A program made the position numbers and the translations under genes. Below are positions 14,153-27,294 of a DNA stretch of 64,000 nt, piece by piece (the first letter of the stretch is position 1; each line of letters starts with the position of its first letter). The notes beneath the pieces were generated by a model. That model searched no databases. It saw only the letters and a program-made list of their open reading frames with translations, and was not told where the DNA came from. The stretch is from Lama guanicoe (taxonomy: Eukaryota), in contig MU053513.1 of NCBI GenBank assembly GCA_013239625.1, forward strand, positions 980,927 through 1,044,926, written 5' to 3'.

Positions 14153-14729
14153 CCGAGTAAGGCCCACCATTCTGTCACCTATGTATGAGAATACTTGAAA
14201 GAAAATCTTTAATAAGGAATAACGTTCAATAGAGAAAGTTAACGTGAGAAGAAACATATAGAACAACAGAAATTCTCATACAGATAACCAAGGCACAAAA
14301 TAATAAAGCAACGTTGACTACACAACATGAGTAATGACATCAGTTTGCTCACTTAGAAACTGGTAAGAAAACTTGGCAAGGAAAGGCAAAAGGAAATTTT
14401 TTAATTTTTTAAATCAGTTAAGTCTGAGTTACCTTTTACTTATTCATGTCACAGAACCACTGTTCATTTTCTGTATACCCAGTAGAAATCTCACCCCACA
14501 GCATTTGGTGCTAGAAAAACTAGTATCTGCTTTAGTGCCCTCATTCCTAAGTCTTTTTAATTGCTTGTTGACAAATGATCAGTTGACTTTCATTACTAGG
14601 CAAGGTGGTTATAATATTGAACAATAGGTACACATTTCTTTCATACCTCTGTGAGCGTTTTGCATTTTCTCAGGGTGCATTGAAGAATACTTTGTATTTT
14701 TTAACACTTTTCTTCTTCATTCTAACTTG

Positions 14730-16270
14730 AGTGACCTTTCAACAAATGTTTAGTGAGGACATACCACATGCCGGCTACCATGTTAAACACTGAAGACACA
14801 AAGTTTTGCAGGGTAAATTCCTGTCCTTGTGGCCCACACCATCCAGTCTGGAGGCGGGAGTGATGGACAAGGGTGTTATTTCTGCCTCGGTGAAACTGAG
14901 CTCCAGCCCACGTCTTGAATGTCCTTGTTTCCATGCTTTTGTTTAAGCCATTTGCTCCACCTTAAATGACTTTCCCTTCCTGTGTCTCATGTGCTCAGTC
15001 CTCTACTTCTTTCAAAGAACTTTCTTTCCAGCTTTTGGACTTGAATCAGATCCAGATTTGTTTTATTTTGTTTTGTTTTTTGAGGTTCATTGGCAAAGAA
15101 AGATTCAAAAAATATCTTTCTGTAGTAAAAAGAATCACTCCTTAATGGGGACTCATTGAAGATAAGTTTTCTGTGGACCAAATGCATGATATTATCTGGA
15201 TTTTTTATTACTGATCATCACCCTTGTGGCACTCATTTATGGAATTTCCTGTTTAACAATTGCTTATTCTGTTTCACATTGTCTATGCAACAGATATTTG
15301 AGCACTGGTTATGTGTCTAGAACTGGGCTGGGCACTATGTCACACAAGCACAGTAATATATGGTCCTAACACACAGCAAGACAGGGCCAAGCCAATACCC
15401 ACACACAGAAGCCAATTAGAGAAGAAAGCAGTGTGTAAAAATCACACCACATAAAGAATCTGAGTAATAAGTCATAGATAACAGGACGGTACTTACAATA
15501 TTCAAAAAAAATGACAAAAAGGGAGCATCACCATGGGACAAAATCCTTGGAGAGGCTGGATAAATGTGTTAGAACATCATTCTCGTGGAATGAATGGGTT
15601 GTGGCTAAATGCATAAGGTGTCAAAAGAGGGAAATGAATGAGGTGGATCACATTCATGGAATAGGCATGGTGGTCTAGGGTGTAGAGGTGAGAACAGGCA
15701 CGGCTCGTGAAAACAATTGAAATAAACTGGTCTAATTATGGCAGCGAGCACACATTGGAGAGGAGTCAGCAGTGAAACTGAAAGTTTGGGAAAGGGTCAT
15801 GTTACCAGGAAAACTAATCAGGAGAAAGGATAGTTCCTAGCACCGGGTACCTAGCCCAGTGATAGAAGAGCTCCCAGTACGAAAGATGACAATCATTATT
15901 AGTTAAGCCAATCAGATTGACTACATAAAGGACTGTTCAAAAGAGGGTAAGAGCTAAAAAGAGGAAGCTTCTACATAGGAGCATATCATGATATTACATA
16001 GTCAAGAAGGGAGATTAAGAGAGTAAACAATTGCTTCCAATAATCTCCTCGTATGTTAGGTGGTCAGAGCAAAATTCTATTTGGTTTAGGAAGCCTGCTT
16101 AACAGATTGGCATCATGAAAGAGATACTTTAGGAATATTTATCAGGCAGCACTGCTGAATCTTGGGGCTAAGTGAGACAGGAGGGAAGGGGGCAGGGCAC
16201 AGCCATTGAAGGAATGACACAGCAATTAATGACAGGACAAACTGGTTAGAACCAAGAAGGCAGAAGATTC
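14730..16270. mobile_element. Cluster of L2 fragments
   Basis: ttcaacaaatgtttagtgaggac, caacagatatttgagcactggttatgtgtctagaactgggctgggcact and further diverged L2-like tracts, mostly reverse. Confidence 0.55.
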
Positions 16271-16294
16271 GATTTCCAGTAGACCTTGAGCCTC

Positions 16295-16474
16295 ATGGCA
16301 CTCCTACAGGTGCCACGACAGTTCCTAGGCTGACCTTCAAAGGTCAAAAAGTGGATGGGATCCCATTCATGGAAATCCCCCCCTTCCCCAAACCGGTTGG
16401 AATAATCCTTCTACTTGTTAGCATATGAAGGTACCGAGCCCGTAAAAAACTAACAGTCCTGTACCTCATAGTTA

Positions 16475-16548
<74 letters not shown>

Positions 16549-16643
16549 GGCACGCGCTCTCCATGGAGTGTGTGACTCCCTCAATAAACTTACTTTCACT
16601 GTACTATGCCTCACTCGAGATTAGAACCTATTCTCTGGCAACA
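16295..16643 (+). mobile_element. ERV1 solo LTR (MER41-like)
   Basis: gccacgacagttcc..ggaaatccc..ggaataatcct..ggagtgtgt..AATAAActtactttcact..ggcaaCA terminus. Confidence 0.7.
16475..16545. repeat. (TC)n microsatellite inside the LTR
   Basis: Direct inspection; one G interruption at 16501. Confidence 0.97.
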
Positions 16644-17433
16644 TAAGGAACAGAAAAGCAAAGGAAACTAATACACTGAAGCAAGCTAGTATCGGGAATG
16701 TGGGCTTTAGAGGCTTAGGCAATGGAAACGTGCACAGGACAAAGGAGGTGCAAATTGGTGAGAAACTCAACAAAGGTCTGGGTTACTGAGCTGACAACTG
16801 TCACCGCTCAATTCTCTAACTGAATTCCATAGATAAATAGATAAATTCTTTGTAGGGAGAATAATAAATAAGGTCTATGTCTGACATTTTAACAAGAGAG
16901 AGAGAAGTTTTCTTTGGTTTTCTCCCTTTGGTTTCCTTCCTCCCTTCCTCCTTTCCTTTCTTCCCTTTTTCCCCTTTTTTCTCTTTCTGTAATGTAAAGA
17001 ATGCATTGGTTGAAACACCAGGTCCCAGTCAGGCAGTCAGGTTAACTTGGATAACTACGTCTATTTGACCTCAGGAAAACAGCAGTTGGCTTATCAGCAG
17101 TCAAAGAATGACTTTCTCGAAAATCTCGTGTTTTTTAAAATAATTAAGTCACAATGGACAGCAACAAGAAAAATGATGAACTGTATCACCCACAGTAATA
17201 TTTAGCTTCTAAAAACAGGCAACCACAGCACTGGCTTAAAATCTGAAGGGTAGCTTGGGGGCCTGTGCCGTTCTGTTCTCAGTTCTGAATTTTCCGATCT
17301 GTGCGCCTTGTGGCAGAGCGACTACCAGGCAAACCCCCCTGTGGCTCTGCTGGGCTGTAACCCAGCTCATTGCAGCTGGTTTTGTGCTTAGCATGGTTAC
17401 CGGGGAGCACTGGAGGAAAGGAAAAATACATGG

Positions 17434-17626
17434 CAGTCGTTCTCAAATTTTAGTGTGGTGAGAATCGTTAGGAGGCTTGTTACAATAATAAAAGCAGATT
17501 TCTAAGCCCATCCCTAGAGATTCTGATTCAGTAAGTCTGGGGTGGGGCCGAGAAGTCTGCATTTTATTAAACACTCCCTGGGTGATTCTGTTGCAGGCAG
17601 TCCATGGACAACGCTTTGTGGAACTG
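17434..17626 (-). mobile_element. MER5-family hAT/Charlie MITE
   Basis: cagtcgttctcaaa..gattctgattcagtaagtctggggtggggccgagaagtctgcattt..ggtgattctg. Confidence 0.85.
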
Positions 17627-18274
17627 ATTTGTGGAAATAATGAGCCCAGTGCTCCGCCCAGCACGTCCTCGCAGCAGGCAGTGCCTCTCCCATTATGTCA
17701 AGGAGCCCGTCCTATTAAGGTGATTTGTTTATATTTTGTCTCACTAGAGTGTGAGCTTCTTGAGGGCCTGTCTTGGTCAATGAATTTTATGTCCCCAGTG
17801 CCTGGAACAGGGAGTTTAATGAAAGATAACCTAAAGTTGAAGCCACAAGTGCAAACAGAATGCTTCTCAATGACTGAAAGAGATAAAAGAACACTACAAT
17901 TTAATTAGAATTCAGTTTGCCAAGTTTTTCCCCTATTAAAATGTGCTGTCCCGAATCATAGCTAGGCTATGTCCCAAGCCACTCTGACTTTGGGGGGGGA
18001 CTGTTCCTTCTCTTCCAATCTGTTACAAAACTGAATCACCACCTTCTGAGATAAGCTTACCTTTCTATCCACAGTAATTTTTTTTTAAGTGAGCAACTGA
18101 CTGATTTTGAGCTAACTTTGCTACCTAAGTTCATGGTCAGTGGCATAGGATTTGTTCAGAAATAGATGCAAACCTAAAGCAGAACTGCTCAGTAATGCCA
18201 AGGACTTTTTTTTCAAGTGTAGCTAGTGTAACGTATTTTTCCCTTTTTTATAACCATTCATTCATTTATTCATC

Positions 18275-19050
18275 CAGTAAAATCATGTCACTCCTCTGTC
18301 CAAATACCAAATACGGACAATGAGCCTCAAGTCTCTTGGTGAACTGGCCCCTCTTCTTCCTGCCTCTGAGCTCATTCACCTCAGCTCCTCTCTAACTTCC
18401 CTCCTCGCTCCACTCAGCCGCAGTAGTGTTCACTCTCCAGTCAAGCTCCAGCCTCAGGGCCTTTGCACTGGCTGTATTCCCTGCCCCGATACTCTCTCCA
18501 CCCCTGCCCCCACGTTCACATGGTTCACCCCCTCACCTTCAAGTCTTCATGGGGAACTAGCAGCTGCCTACCTGGAGAGCATTCCATCTCCTTGTCCCTT
18601 GCTCTGCTTCCTTGTCATTTTGTAGAATTTATCACCTTTGAACAGTACAAATGTTGCTTTTATAATTTATTTTTCAAATTGAAGTATAATCAATTTACAA
18701 TGTTGTGTCAGTTTCTGGTGTACAGCATAATGTTTTAGTCATACATATACTTACATATATTCCTTTTCATATTCTTTTTCATTTTAGGCTACTATAAGAT
18801 ATTGAATATAGTTCCCTGTGCTACACAGTATAAGCTTGTTGTCATAATTTACTTTTAGATTATAAAATTTACTTTTAGATTATAGTTTATTTTTATATTT
18901 TATAATTTACTTTTATAATTATCATTTGTTTTATTCCTCTAAACCTTCATCTCATGTGAGCTGCGCAAAAGCAAGGATCTTTGATGCATTTTAAGTGTCT
19001 GGAATAGCGCTTGGCACACAATAATTCAATAATTTAATTTGTCCAACCAA
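18275..19050 (+). mobile_element. L2 3' region interrupted by an L1 3' end
   Basis: cctcagggcctttgcactggctgtattccctgcc..; terminal gcttggcacacaataattcaataa. Confidence 0.7.
18668..18843 (-). mobile_element. Camelid-type L1 3' end
   Basis: ttgaagtataatcaatttacaatgttgtgtcagtttctggtgtacagcataatg..atatagttccctgtgctacacag. Confidence 0.9.
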
Positions 19051-19640
19051 TATTTGAATGTTTCCATGTGCCAGTTAAGCAAACAGATCAAGTCTCTATT
19101 CCCACGGAAATCACATAATAGTGGGGAATACAAATAACAGCCAATAAATGTAGAACACCAAGTGTCGATAAAATGCTTTGAAGAAAATAGAGCATGAAAA
19201 GGGAGAAGAGCAGGGTAATTTAGAAAGGGCGGTCAGGTCTTTGAGATGGTCTTTAAGTAGAGTCCTGAAGGAATAAAGAGAATGAAGATATAAAGACTCT
19301 GAAGCCACGTGTCCAGGGCTTGAATCTGGCTGGGCTATTGATTCACCGTGTGACACTGAGTGGGATACATTGCCATGAGTTAGTTTACCTCTTCTGTATA
19401 AATGGGGATAAAAGCAATATCTTTCTCAGCAGTTTGATTATTAATTTATACATAAATCCATACAATAGTGCCTGAGTATAATAAATACTCTATAACCGGC
19501 TATTACCATGCTTGGCAGATCCAAGGAACAGCCAGGAGACTCAGCATGGCTGGTTGGAGGAGCTAAGGGCCTAGAGGAAGGGAAGAAGATTTGAGAAGAG
19601 AAATACCTATGGACCAAATCACTGGTCTGTACTCATGAAG
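19050..19640. mobile_element. L2 (-) interrupted by MIR (+, about 19300-19510)
   Basis: aatatttgaatgtttccatgtgccag (L2); gtgtgacactgag..cttctgtataaatggggataa (MIR). Confidence 0.6.
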
Positions 19641-19994
19641 GTGACAAGGAAGAGCCCAAGAAGTCCAACCGTGTTCCCACTGAAGGGGTAGAGGGAGGCA
19701 TTCTTCTGGAGGAGACGACACATTTTACACACTGATGAAAGTAGGGATGAGAAGGCTGCAGAAAATGGATTTGATGACACTTGAATTGCCAGGGTCCCCA
19801 GAGATAGTTTAGTTTCTCTTTTACCAAGAGTCTCTGATCCTCTTCCCCTTTGGGAAGCACCTCAGAACCCTTCCAAGAGGTCCACGTTTCCTATTTCAGT
19901 GGGATGAGAGTGTCGATTCAGCTTGCCTGAGCTGGGCTTCTGTCATCTGCAATGAGTGGGGTCTGGAACAGGACACCCCCAGCTGCCATATGAA

Positions 19995-20420
19995 ATAGGT
20001 GCTACTGTCATTACACTTATTTTAAAAGCAAGACAAAAGTGCAAAGAGTATAAAAAATTTCCAAAGTTATAGATCTACTTAGTGGATTAACAGAGGATTG
20101 AAATCACAATGGCCTCATTTCTTTGTAGTTCTCTTAAGGATCTATTTGCATGGGGGTTAAGGATGTAGATGCTATGCCAGACTGCCTGGGTTCTTATCTT
20201 AGGTTTTCACTTAAAATGCTGCTTTGCCTTAAATAATTTCCTTGTTTACAAAACTAAGCTGACAATAATGCACATCTTAGTGGGTTCTTGCAATGTTAAA
20301 AGTGTAAACAAATGCAAAGCACTTAGAACAGTACCCCTCCCCCCACAAAAAACAGTACCCAGCATATGTAAGTTGTCAATCAAATTTTTTTATTATTATT
20401 ATTATTATTATTACTGCTAC
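19995..20420. mobile_element. Two MIR fragments ending in (TAT)n
   Basis: gccagactgcctgggttc..aaatgcaaagcacttagaacagtacc; (tat)n at about 20390-20412. Confidence 0.6.
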
Positions 20421-20746
20421 TACTGAGCTGGCTGGGCCAGAGCTCCATACAAGTATGTCCTGTGTTTGTTAGGTTTTGATTGCTATGACTGGCCTGTGGA
20501 TCCGTTTCCCCTTTCCTTCCAGAGAGAGTACCAAACACACCCAGTCCTGGCTCTCCTCCCACAGAGCCTCCCACTTTCTCTCTTGCCACTGACTACGCCC
20601 ACCTCCCTTTGCTTTCCTCTTGAAGTTAGGTTCGGTATTTAGTCCTTCTCACTTCTCTGTACATTCCTTCTCTGGTCAATGTCACCAGCCCCCCAACATC
20701 AACTATCACGTTGTTTTAGATGGATCCCCAAATCTGCTATTATCAT

Positions 20747-21230
20747 GGTATTAGTTTCCGATCATCACGGCAATACATTACCAGAAGCTCAGTGGCTTAA
20801 AACAACAGAAGGTTATTATCTGAGAGTACCGGAGTCAGCAGTCCAGAGTGGGTTGACAGACTTGCATTCCTCCTATAGGGTCTAGGGGAGAATTTGTTTC
20901 CTTGCCTTTCCAGCTTCCAGAGGCTACCTGCCTTCCTTGGTTCACGGCCCCTTCCTCCACTTTGAAAGCTGGCAGTTGAGCATCTTTCAATCTTTCTTTG
21001 ATTCTAAAACGTCTGCTTGCTTCTGTCACCACATCTCCTCCTGTCTTTCCCTTACAGAGAGTCTTGTGATCACTTTGGGCATGCTTGGAAAATCCAAGAT
21101 AATCTCCAATTCAAGAGTTTGACTTATTCACCCCTGCAAAAGCCTTTTCTATGTACGACAATATTTTCCAAGATTCTGGGGAATAAGACATGGACCTCTT
21201 GGGGTGGGGGCTACTATTCTGTCTACCACA
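20747..21230 (-). mobile_element. MaLR LTR (MLT1C/D-like)
   Basis: gtattagtttcc..gtggcttaaaacaacagaa..ctaggggagaatttgtttccttgcctttccagcttccagaggc..tattctgtctaccaca. Confidence 0.9.
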
Positions 21231-21659
21231 CTAGTTTTGATTTTTTGCCAAAGTATTATATTTACATTAAATTGTGCAGTGTTCTACTTCCAAAAGTTTC
21301 AAGTCTATCTAAAAATATATTAAAATGTGACCATTTCTCAACACAGATTCAAGGAACCTCTCTTTCAACTAATGTCACCATAACAGTTATTCCAGTCACC
21401 CTGACCAGGACACATGATAAGAGGCTAAGATGATGCACAAATGTGGTCACTGGGGGGAAATCCTGGCTTGAGTATGCTGACCAAGAAACCTTTAGCCAAT
21501 CTCTCTTTGCAACAATACATCTCAGATCCTCACCGAAATATAGAGACAATAACGTTATCTATTTAATAGATTCTTTTAGAGAAACGAATAAGATAACTAA
21601 TGAACAGACAACGCCACGGAGTAAGTGCTCAGTAAATGCCAGCCAGCTCCCACGCCCCT

Positions 21660-22050
21660 TGTATTAACCCAGACAGGCTAGGTGTGCTGCAGCAACAAAT
21701 AAACCTAAAGTCTCAGTGACTTACAGCAGCAGAGGTTCCTTTGCCCACACAGATCATGCCTCTCAAAGATCAGCGGGCTCTCTGCTCTTCACAGCCATTG
21801 AAGGACCAGGCTGAAAGAGAAGCCACTTTCTCAGACATGGCATATCGCAGGGACAAGAGGAAAAGAGAGGGGTCTAGAGGGTGATTAACTATGCAGGCAA
21901 AAAATTACACACTTCACTTCCATGTACAACTTATTGTCTCAAATTTACCACATGACCCTGCCCAACTACAGGAAGACAGAATGTGCCCTGAACGTGTCTG
22001 GAAAGAGAAAGAACTGGAATTTTTTGACTAATAGTGCTAATAATAGCCAC
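21660..22050 (-). mobile_element. MaLR LTR (old MLT1)
   Basis: tgtattaacccagacaggctagg..gctgcagcaacaaataaacc..tctcagtgacttacagcagcagagg. Confidence 0.65.
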
Positions 22051-22149
22051 TTCACCAAATTCAAGCTATTTGAGTCCTTTTTTTGCCTACTTTTGCCATG
22101 ACTTTTATATCCAGGCCCTACTTTCACCTCAGCTGCCATTCCTAGAGCT

Positions 22150-22960
22150 GTGCTTTAAATGACACCTTGCTTGGACCGTGGCAATAATCTTACCGGTTTT
22201 CACTGGAGCGTTTTCACTTCCAATCTCTCATATCTTTATTGCATACTTCAAAGTGATGACATGGTCCTAATCATATCACCTCCTCCTCCAAAAGCTTTTG
22301 ATAAAAGGCAGCTTAAGATAATAGTTAATGGTCCTGGCTCTGGAGTCAGATCTAGATTGAGACAGATACGCTCTCAGCCAGAGAGGCGATGTCGGGAATA
22401 TGACTTAAACCCTCCACTAAGCCTCGGCGATGTTTGGAGGATTAAGTAAGATAATGTTTGTAAATTGCATATTTACGTGCTATAAAACTTGATAACCATA
22501 GCTCAATAAATGCTAGCTTGTTTTCTCCACTGCCTAAAGAATAAAGCACAAAAGTGTTAACATGACATTCACGCCTTTCGAAGCCTGACATCAACTTAAT
22601 TTCTGGTCATGTTTCCTCTCTCTCACGTTCCCCAGGAACTTCCTGTTGCTGCGCTGCCCTCCTGCATTCCATCGGCACAGCATAAACTCTCTTCCCACTG
22701 TGCCTTTTGACGGGTTGACCCCCGTTTGTAGAAATACTCCTTCTCCCTTTGTCCTATAGGAAGGTCCCCACACTGTGGGATCCCGAAAACAGATGTCAAA
22801 CACTAAGTTCCTCCATGAAGCCTTCAGTGATTATCTACTCAGAGTGAATCACGTTCTTCCCTCCTTCTTTGTGCATTTATTATCTCACTTATCCATTGTT
22901 TCTTGGACTGCAGCCTTATGTTTGCATCCCCACTGGATTCTAAAGCCCTTGATTCAATTC
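22150..22960 (+). mobile_element. L2 with nested MIR (about 22300-22520)
   Basis: ggctctggagtcaga..gaggattaagtaagataatg (MIR); ctccatgaagccttc..cccactggattctaaagcccttga (L2). Confidence 0.55.
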
Positions 22961-23689
22961 ATCTCATATGGACTGAGGTAGCCAGAACACGGCAAAATGT
23001 GATGGTCACATTAATGAATAAAACAGACATGGCTCCAGCCTTCTTGAGCTCTGCCTTTCCCTCTGGGGTCCCTTGCCAGGAGTGTTTGTTGAACTGAATT
23101 ACTTTCTTACGCGAGGCAGACTGAGGAATCTTTACAGCATTCCAGACTCTCTCTTCTGGATTCTCTCCAGGCTCCACATATCTGTTTAAATTGCTTTGGT
23201 CAATTCTAAACATGAGGCTCTTACAAAAGCTTTACAAACGCTAAGGACCGTGAAAGGATTAACTCATGTTTCCTCCAGTTACATTCCTGTTTGTATGTCC
23301 CAGGATCAAACTTCGCTTCATGAACAGCAGGACGATAGTGTGGCTGTGTTTTGCTATACATTAAAATATGTGTTGGGGAAGGACCAGATTCTCAGCCTGC
23401 AGAGCTATAAACATTTTCTCCAAATTGCCTCCCATGTGATCCACCCCACAAAGAGTAAGCACAAAAACAAAGCTCTGAAGCAAGGTATTTTCCCAACTTG
23501 AAATGGAATAAAATATAAACCACCTAGCAACAATCCAACACGTCTTTTTTTTAATTAGCTAATGACATGTGCCAAGAAAATATATTCTCCTGTCTTAAGA
23601 GCTACCTTCTCTGTGAAGTCTTCCCTGTTCACTTCAGTGTTCCCGGCAGAACATTTGACTTGATCTTTTGTATTCCAAAGAGAAGGGAA

Positions 23690-23945
23690 TAGCAAGGTGA
23701 GGAGAAAGATTTCAGTTTCAGGAGCCTGAGAATCCTGGGTTCAAATGATGTCTTTGTCACTTAACAAAGTACACTTTAGCCATCGAACGTAATCTCTCTG
23801 AGCTTTAATTGTCTCTTTGGTAAAATGCAGATAATAACCTATATTTTGTACACTGCGTGGTTGTGAAGATTAGCAAGACGTGTATATCAGGTGTTTAACA
23901 GGCATGTGACACTCAGAGTCACTTTGTTGATGGCAGGTGTTAGCT
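23690..23945 (+). mobile_element. MIR SINE
   Basis: cctgggttcaaat..aatctctctgagctt..gtaaaatgcagataataacc..ggttgtgaagatt. Confidence 0.75.
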
Positions 23946-25224
23946 CCTGTACTTACCTCTGTATCTGCCTGTCTTGCCAGACCAGGAGTGTCGTGAGAAC
24001 AGTGCTGCATTTTGAGAATGGAGATCATTTCGCCCACAGCTCCCATTGTCTTGTGAAGTGCTCAGAAAGTCATTGTTTAATAGATAATACATCAACTCGG
24101 GCTGTTTACAAGTCATGCAGGCTTTCTCTGACATCCGTTACCCACCTGCCAGTAAGCCCTCGGATTTCACTGCCTGTCACTTCTCATTGAATAGTGACCC
24201 AAAGCTTGCAGCCAGTAAAGTGGACTGTTATCTGAATTGGTGTTAGAGGATTAAGGATTTAACTATGGCAAATGAGATATGGATAGAGGATCCCGCGCTC
24301 GAGAAGTACAGAAGAAATATCGTTATATTCAACCTGGAAGAAATGACTTCAAATCAAACATTTTTAGCAATGACCTCGGAGTGACCCTTAAAATTAGGGT
24401 GCATTTATCTTTGCTTTGAATCTGTTCTTGCACATGGGTGTGTGTAAATGGTTCTCAGCAACATAGCTGTTAAGGAGTAGCGTTTTTTTCCCCTGTACAT
24501 AAATGTGTTTGCCCTTTTAGAGGACATGAGGACAGTGACAGTAAAAGGAATTGTAATATCAGGCTAAATTCAAACGTAAAAGGTACAGGGTCTTCATTTA
24601 ATAGTCAATAGATTTAAAGGGACAAAACCCACTTTGGATACCTTTGTCTTTTAATCAATAAAATGCCTCTTTCCCTTATGAGGCAGTGTCAGTTGCAGTC
24701 AGCCATTGTCAACAACCAATTTGCTCTATCAGTGAAGCAAATCATTACTGAGCACATGGCACCCTGTTGCAGTCCTCCGGTCTGTCCTGAGCAAGAGATG
24801 GACAAGAAGAAAAAAAAAAATCTTTTATTTTATGCTAGGAATTAAAAACCAACAAGATATAAAGGAAAGTGAATTTTCAAGCTAACATAAAAGACTCATT
24901 TTTATCTTTTCCTAAAACCAGAGGAAATTATCTATCTATAGTATACATTGTCTCTAATTATGCCTTTTAAAACCCACTCATTAAATACAGAAGGCCAATA
25001 GATTTGTGACAGCCATCACCTTGGCAAATACAGCGAGCAAAGGCAGAAATGGCAGACATAGCCAACCTAGAAGAAGGAAAGAAAATAAGAGAGTGTTTTC
25101 CTTCAAAGCCAGTTAGAATCAAGAAGGTTGGGAAAAAACTGAGAAAGACTGAGAATCTTTCCCCTCATCCCTCATATAATCAGCATAAAACAGCGCCGGC
25201 CGCATCAACGGTACTCGATAAACA

Positions 25225-25235
25225 GTGACTCAGCA
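25225..25235 (+). promoter_or_regulatory. Antioxidant response element (NRF2/small MAF; AP-1 core)
   Basis: GTGACTCAGCA is an exact RTGACTCAGCA match in CpG-retaining unique sequence; motif only. Confidence 0.45.
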
Positions 25236-26658
25236 GCTTATCCGGAGAGAGAAACCTGAAATCTCCAGCTACTGGAAGTCTGTTCTCAAGAACAGACGGG
25301 CTTTTAACTGAGGCCGGAAAGCCCTCGGGACCACGGGAGGCCGGGAAGGCAGCTGGATGGAGGCCACACAGATTCTTCAAACCGTTGTACTTATTAGTCA
25401 CCTAGGCGGGGCAGAGCTCAGAAAAGCAGAACTGGGAAAGGCAGTCAGCTGAGAAAAGAGACTGGCCGGCGCTTTTGCATTCCTGCATGGAAGGGCTGCT
25501 TTCTTGGCACGAGAATCTTCCAGGTCTGGAGGGCAGGAGACTTCCCAGCTGTCAAAACCCTGTCTTCACTTTCCTGGTGGAGGGCCAAACCAGAAGTGTC
25601 AGCCAGGAAGAGCTGGCTGCTACAGGGCAGCTGGCGTTACTCCTCGGCCGCCTGGGTCTGGAGCATCCTGGAAAGAACCTGCCTCGGCAAGGTCACTGGG
25701 GACCAGCACAAATCCAGGTGGTGTTCTGAAAACCCCGGGAGCTCCGGGCACCAGAGAGACTGAGCGGCCTCCATGGGTGAGGCAGATGGAGCTGCAGAGA
25801 TAAGGGGTGGGAAAGAGAAGAAAGCTGGGCTGCTTTTCATGTGCTTTCACTGGCACTGAAAGGAAGGTATTTCTTCTTGGAAGCCAGACCCGGAGCAACC
25901 TCTGCTGCTATGGGAACAGCTGTGGTCGCTCTTCGGGGATGGCGAGCTTCCAGAATTCAGGGCTGGCAATCCGAGAAACCTCTCTAGTTTCTGGCTCTGA
26001 TCTGATCATCACACTAAAACTGAATGTTTAACTGGAGTAAACAACACTTCCAAGTCTGTTGTTTCAGGCACAGCTTGTCCCTGCTAAGTTTAAAGCTATA
26101 AGACCAACTTCCACGCTCGTAGTTTCCTCGTAACCAAAAACAATACAAATACAGATTTAAAAATCCTTGTGGAGATTTTCATCTCAGCGCACTGGGACTT
26201 GGGGATTTACACATATAATTCCCATTAATACTAATAGGCGTTAGAGTCTGCACACCGATTCCCTTGTGTCGAAATGAGAACATAACCATATGGATACTAA
26301 TAAATACATTTTTAATTCTGATTTTATGCAGATTTAACATAGTATTTTATACAACACTTAGCAAACTCTTTGGAGACAAAGACTGTCTCAATTAATTCTC
26401 CCCAACAGAGACAAACACATTCATACAAACTATTATTTCTGTAAGAATATTGATTTCTTTTGTACAGACGAGAAGTTTTGGCTAAATTATTAGTAGCATA
26501 TAATATGCAGTGCTAAGATTTTTCAAGTGCAAAATATTCTTTGTTTGCAACCATACTTTCTTTACTTGTAACAATGTCATGACCCATCAGAGATTTTTTT
26601 TTTTTTCCAGGTGATAGTTTAAAACTGAGAGGAGTGATTCCTTCTTTTTACAGTGTTT

Positions 26659-26678
26659 TAGTGCCACCTCCTGGACGA
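26659..26678 (-). promoter_or_regulatory. Candidate CTCF site
   Basis: Minus strand TCGTCCAGGAGGTGGCACTA, one mismatch to CCASYAGRKGGCRS. Confidence 0.6.
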
Positions 26679-27294
26679 ATCTTTAAAAGCATGAGTTTCA
26701 GAAATTGAATGAACCTGCTTTTCCAAGCCAAGATACAATTAGCTGAAGGACCCTACTAACAGTTACCAAGGAAAGTAAAAGATTTTTTGTAATGAAGAAG
26801 AATAAACAGAAGAAGAAGAAAAAAAGAGAACTGGTCAAAGAGAAAAAGGCTTTTGCTTGTTGTTGGTTTGTGAGGATAAAGGAAGAACAAAATCGGGAGG
26901 AATCAACCACAGGAAGAACGAACAGATGTGAGACTGATGCAAACGTGGGGTTTTTGTTGTTGTTGTTAAACTTAGAATTCCACATATTTTTGATGGACAC
27001 TTTTTTTTAGAAAATCTCAAGATAATTTAAAAAAGTTAAGTTTATTGTGTATCCATAAAAATGAACTATGTATTCAGGATGAATTGCCTCAAAAATCACA
27101 GATAAATGGACAAGGTCATTCATTTAAAATTTACAAAGAAGCGGTCTGATGTAAGTAACAAGGAGTTGTAAAATTTAAATAGATTTAAACAATAGTCAGA
27201 CTGACTTTAGAAACAAAATTCTCTCACAGAAACACAATCACAAGAGCACATATGGTGTTTGAGAAAGAAAATTAAATTTTAAAAATTTAATTAC

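Noticed and set aside
16344..16553. (RE)n ORF
   Set aside because: Translation of the (TC)n microsatellite.
26792..27010. Lys-rich ORF resembling an NLS
   Set aside because: Arises from an A/G-rich simple tract.
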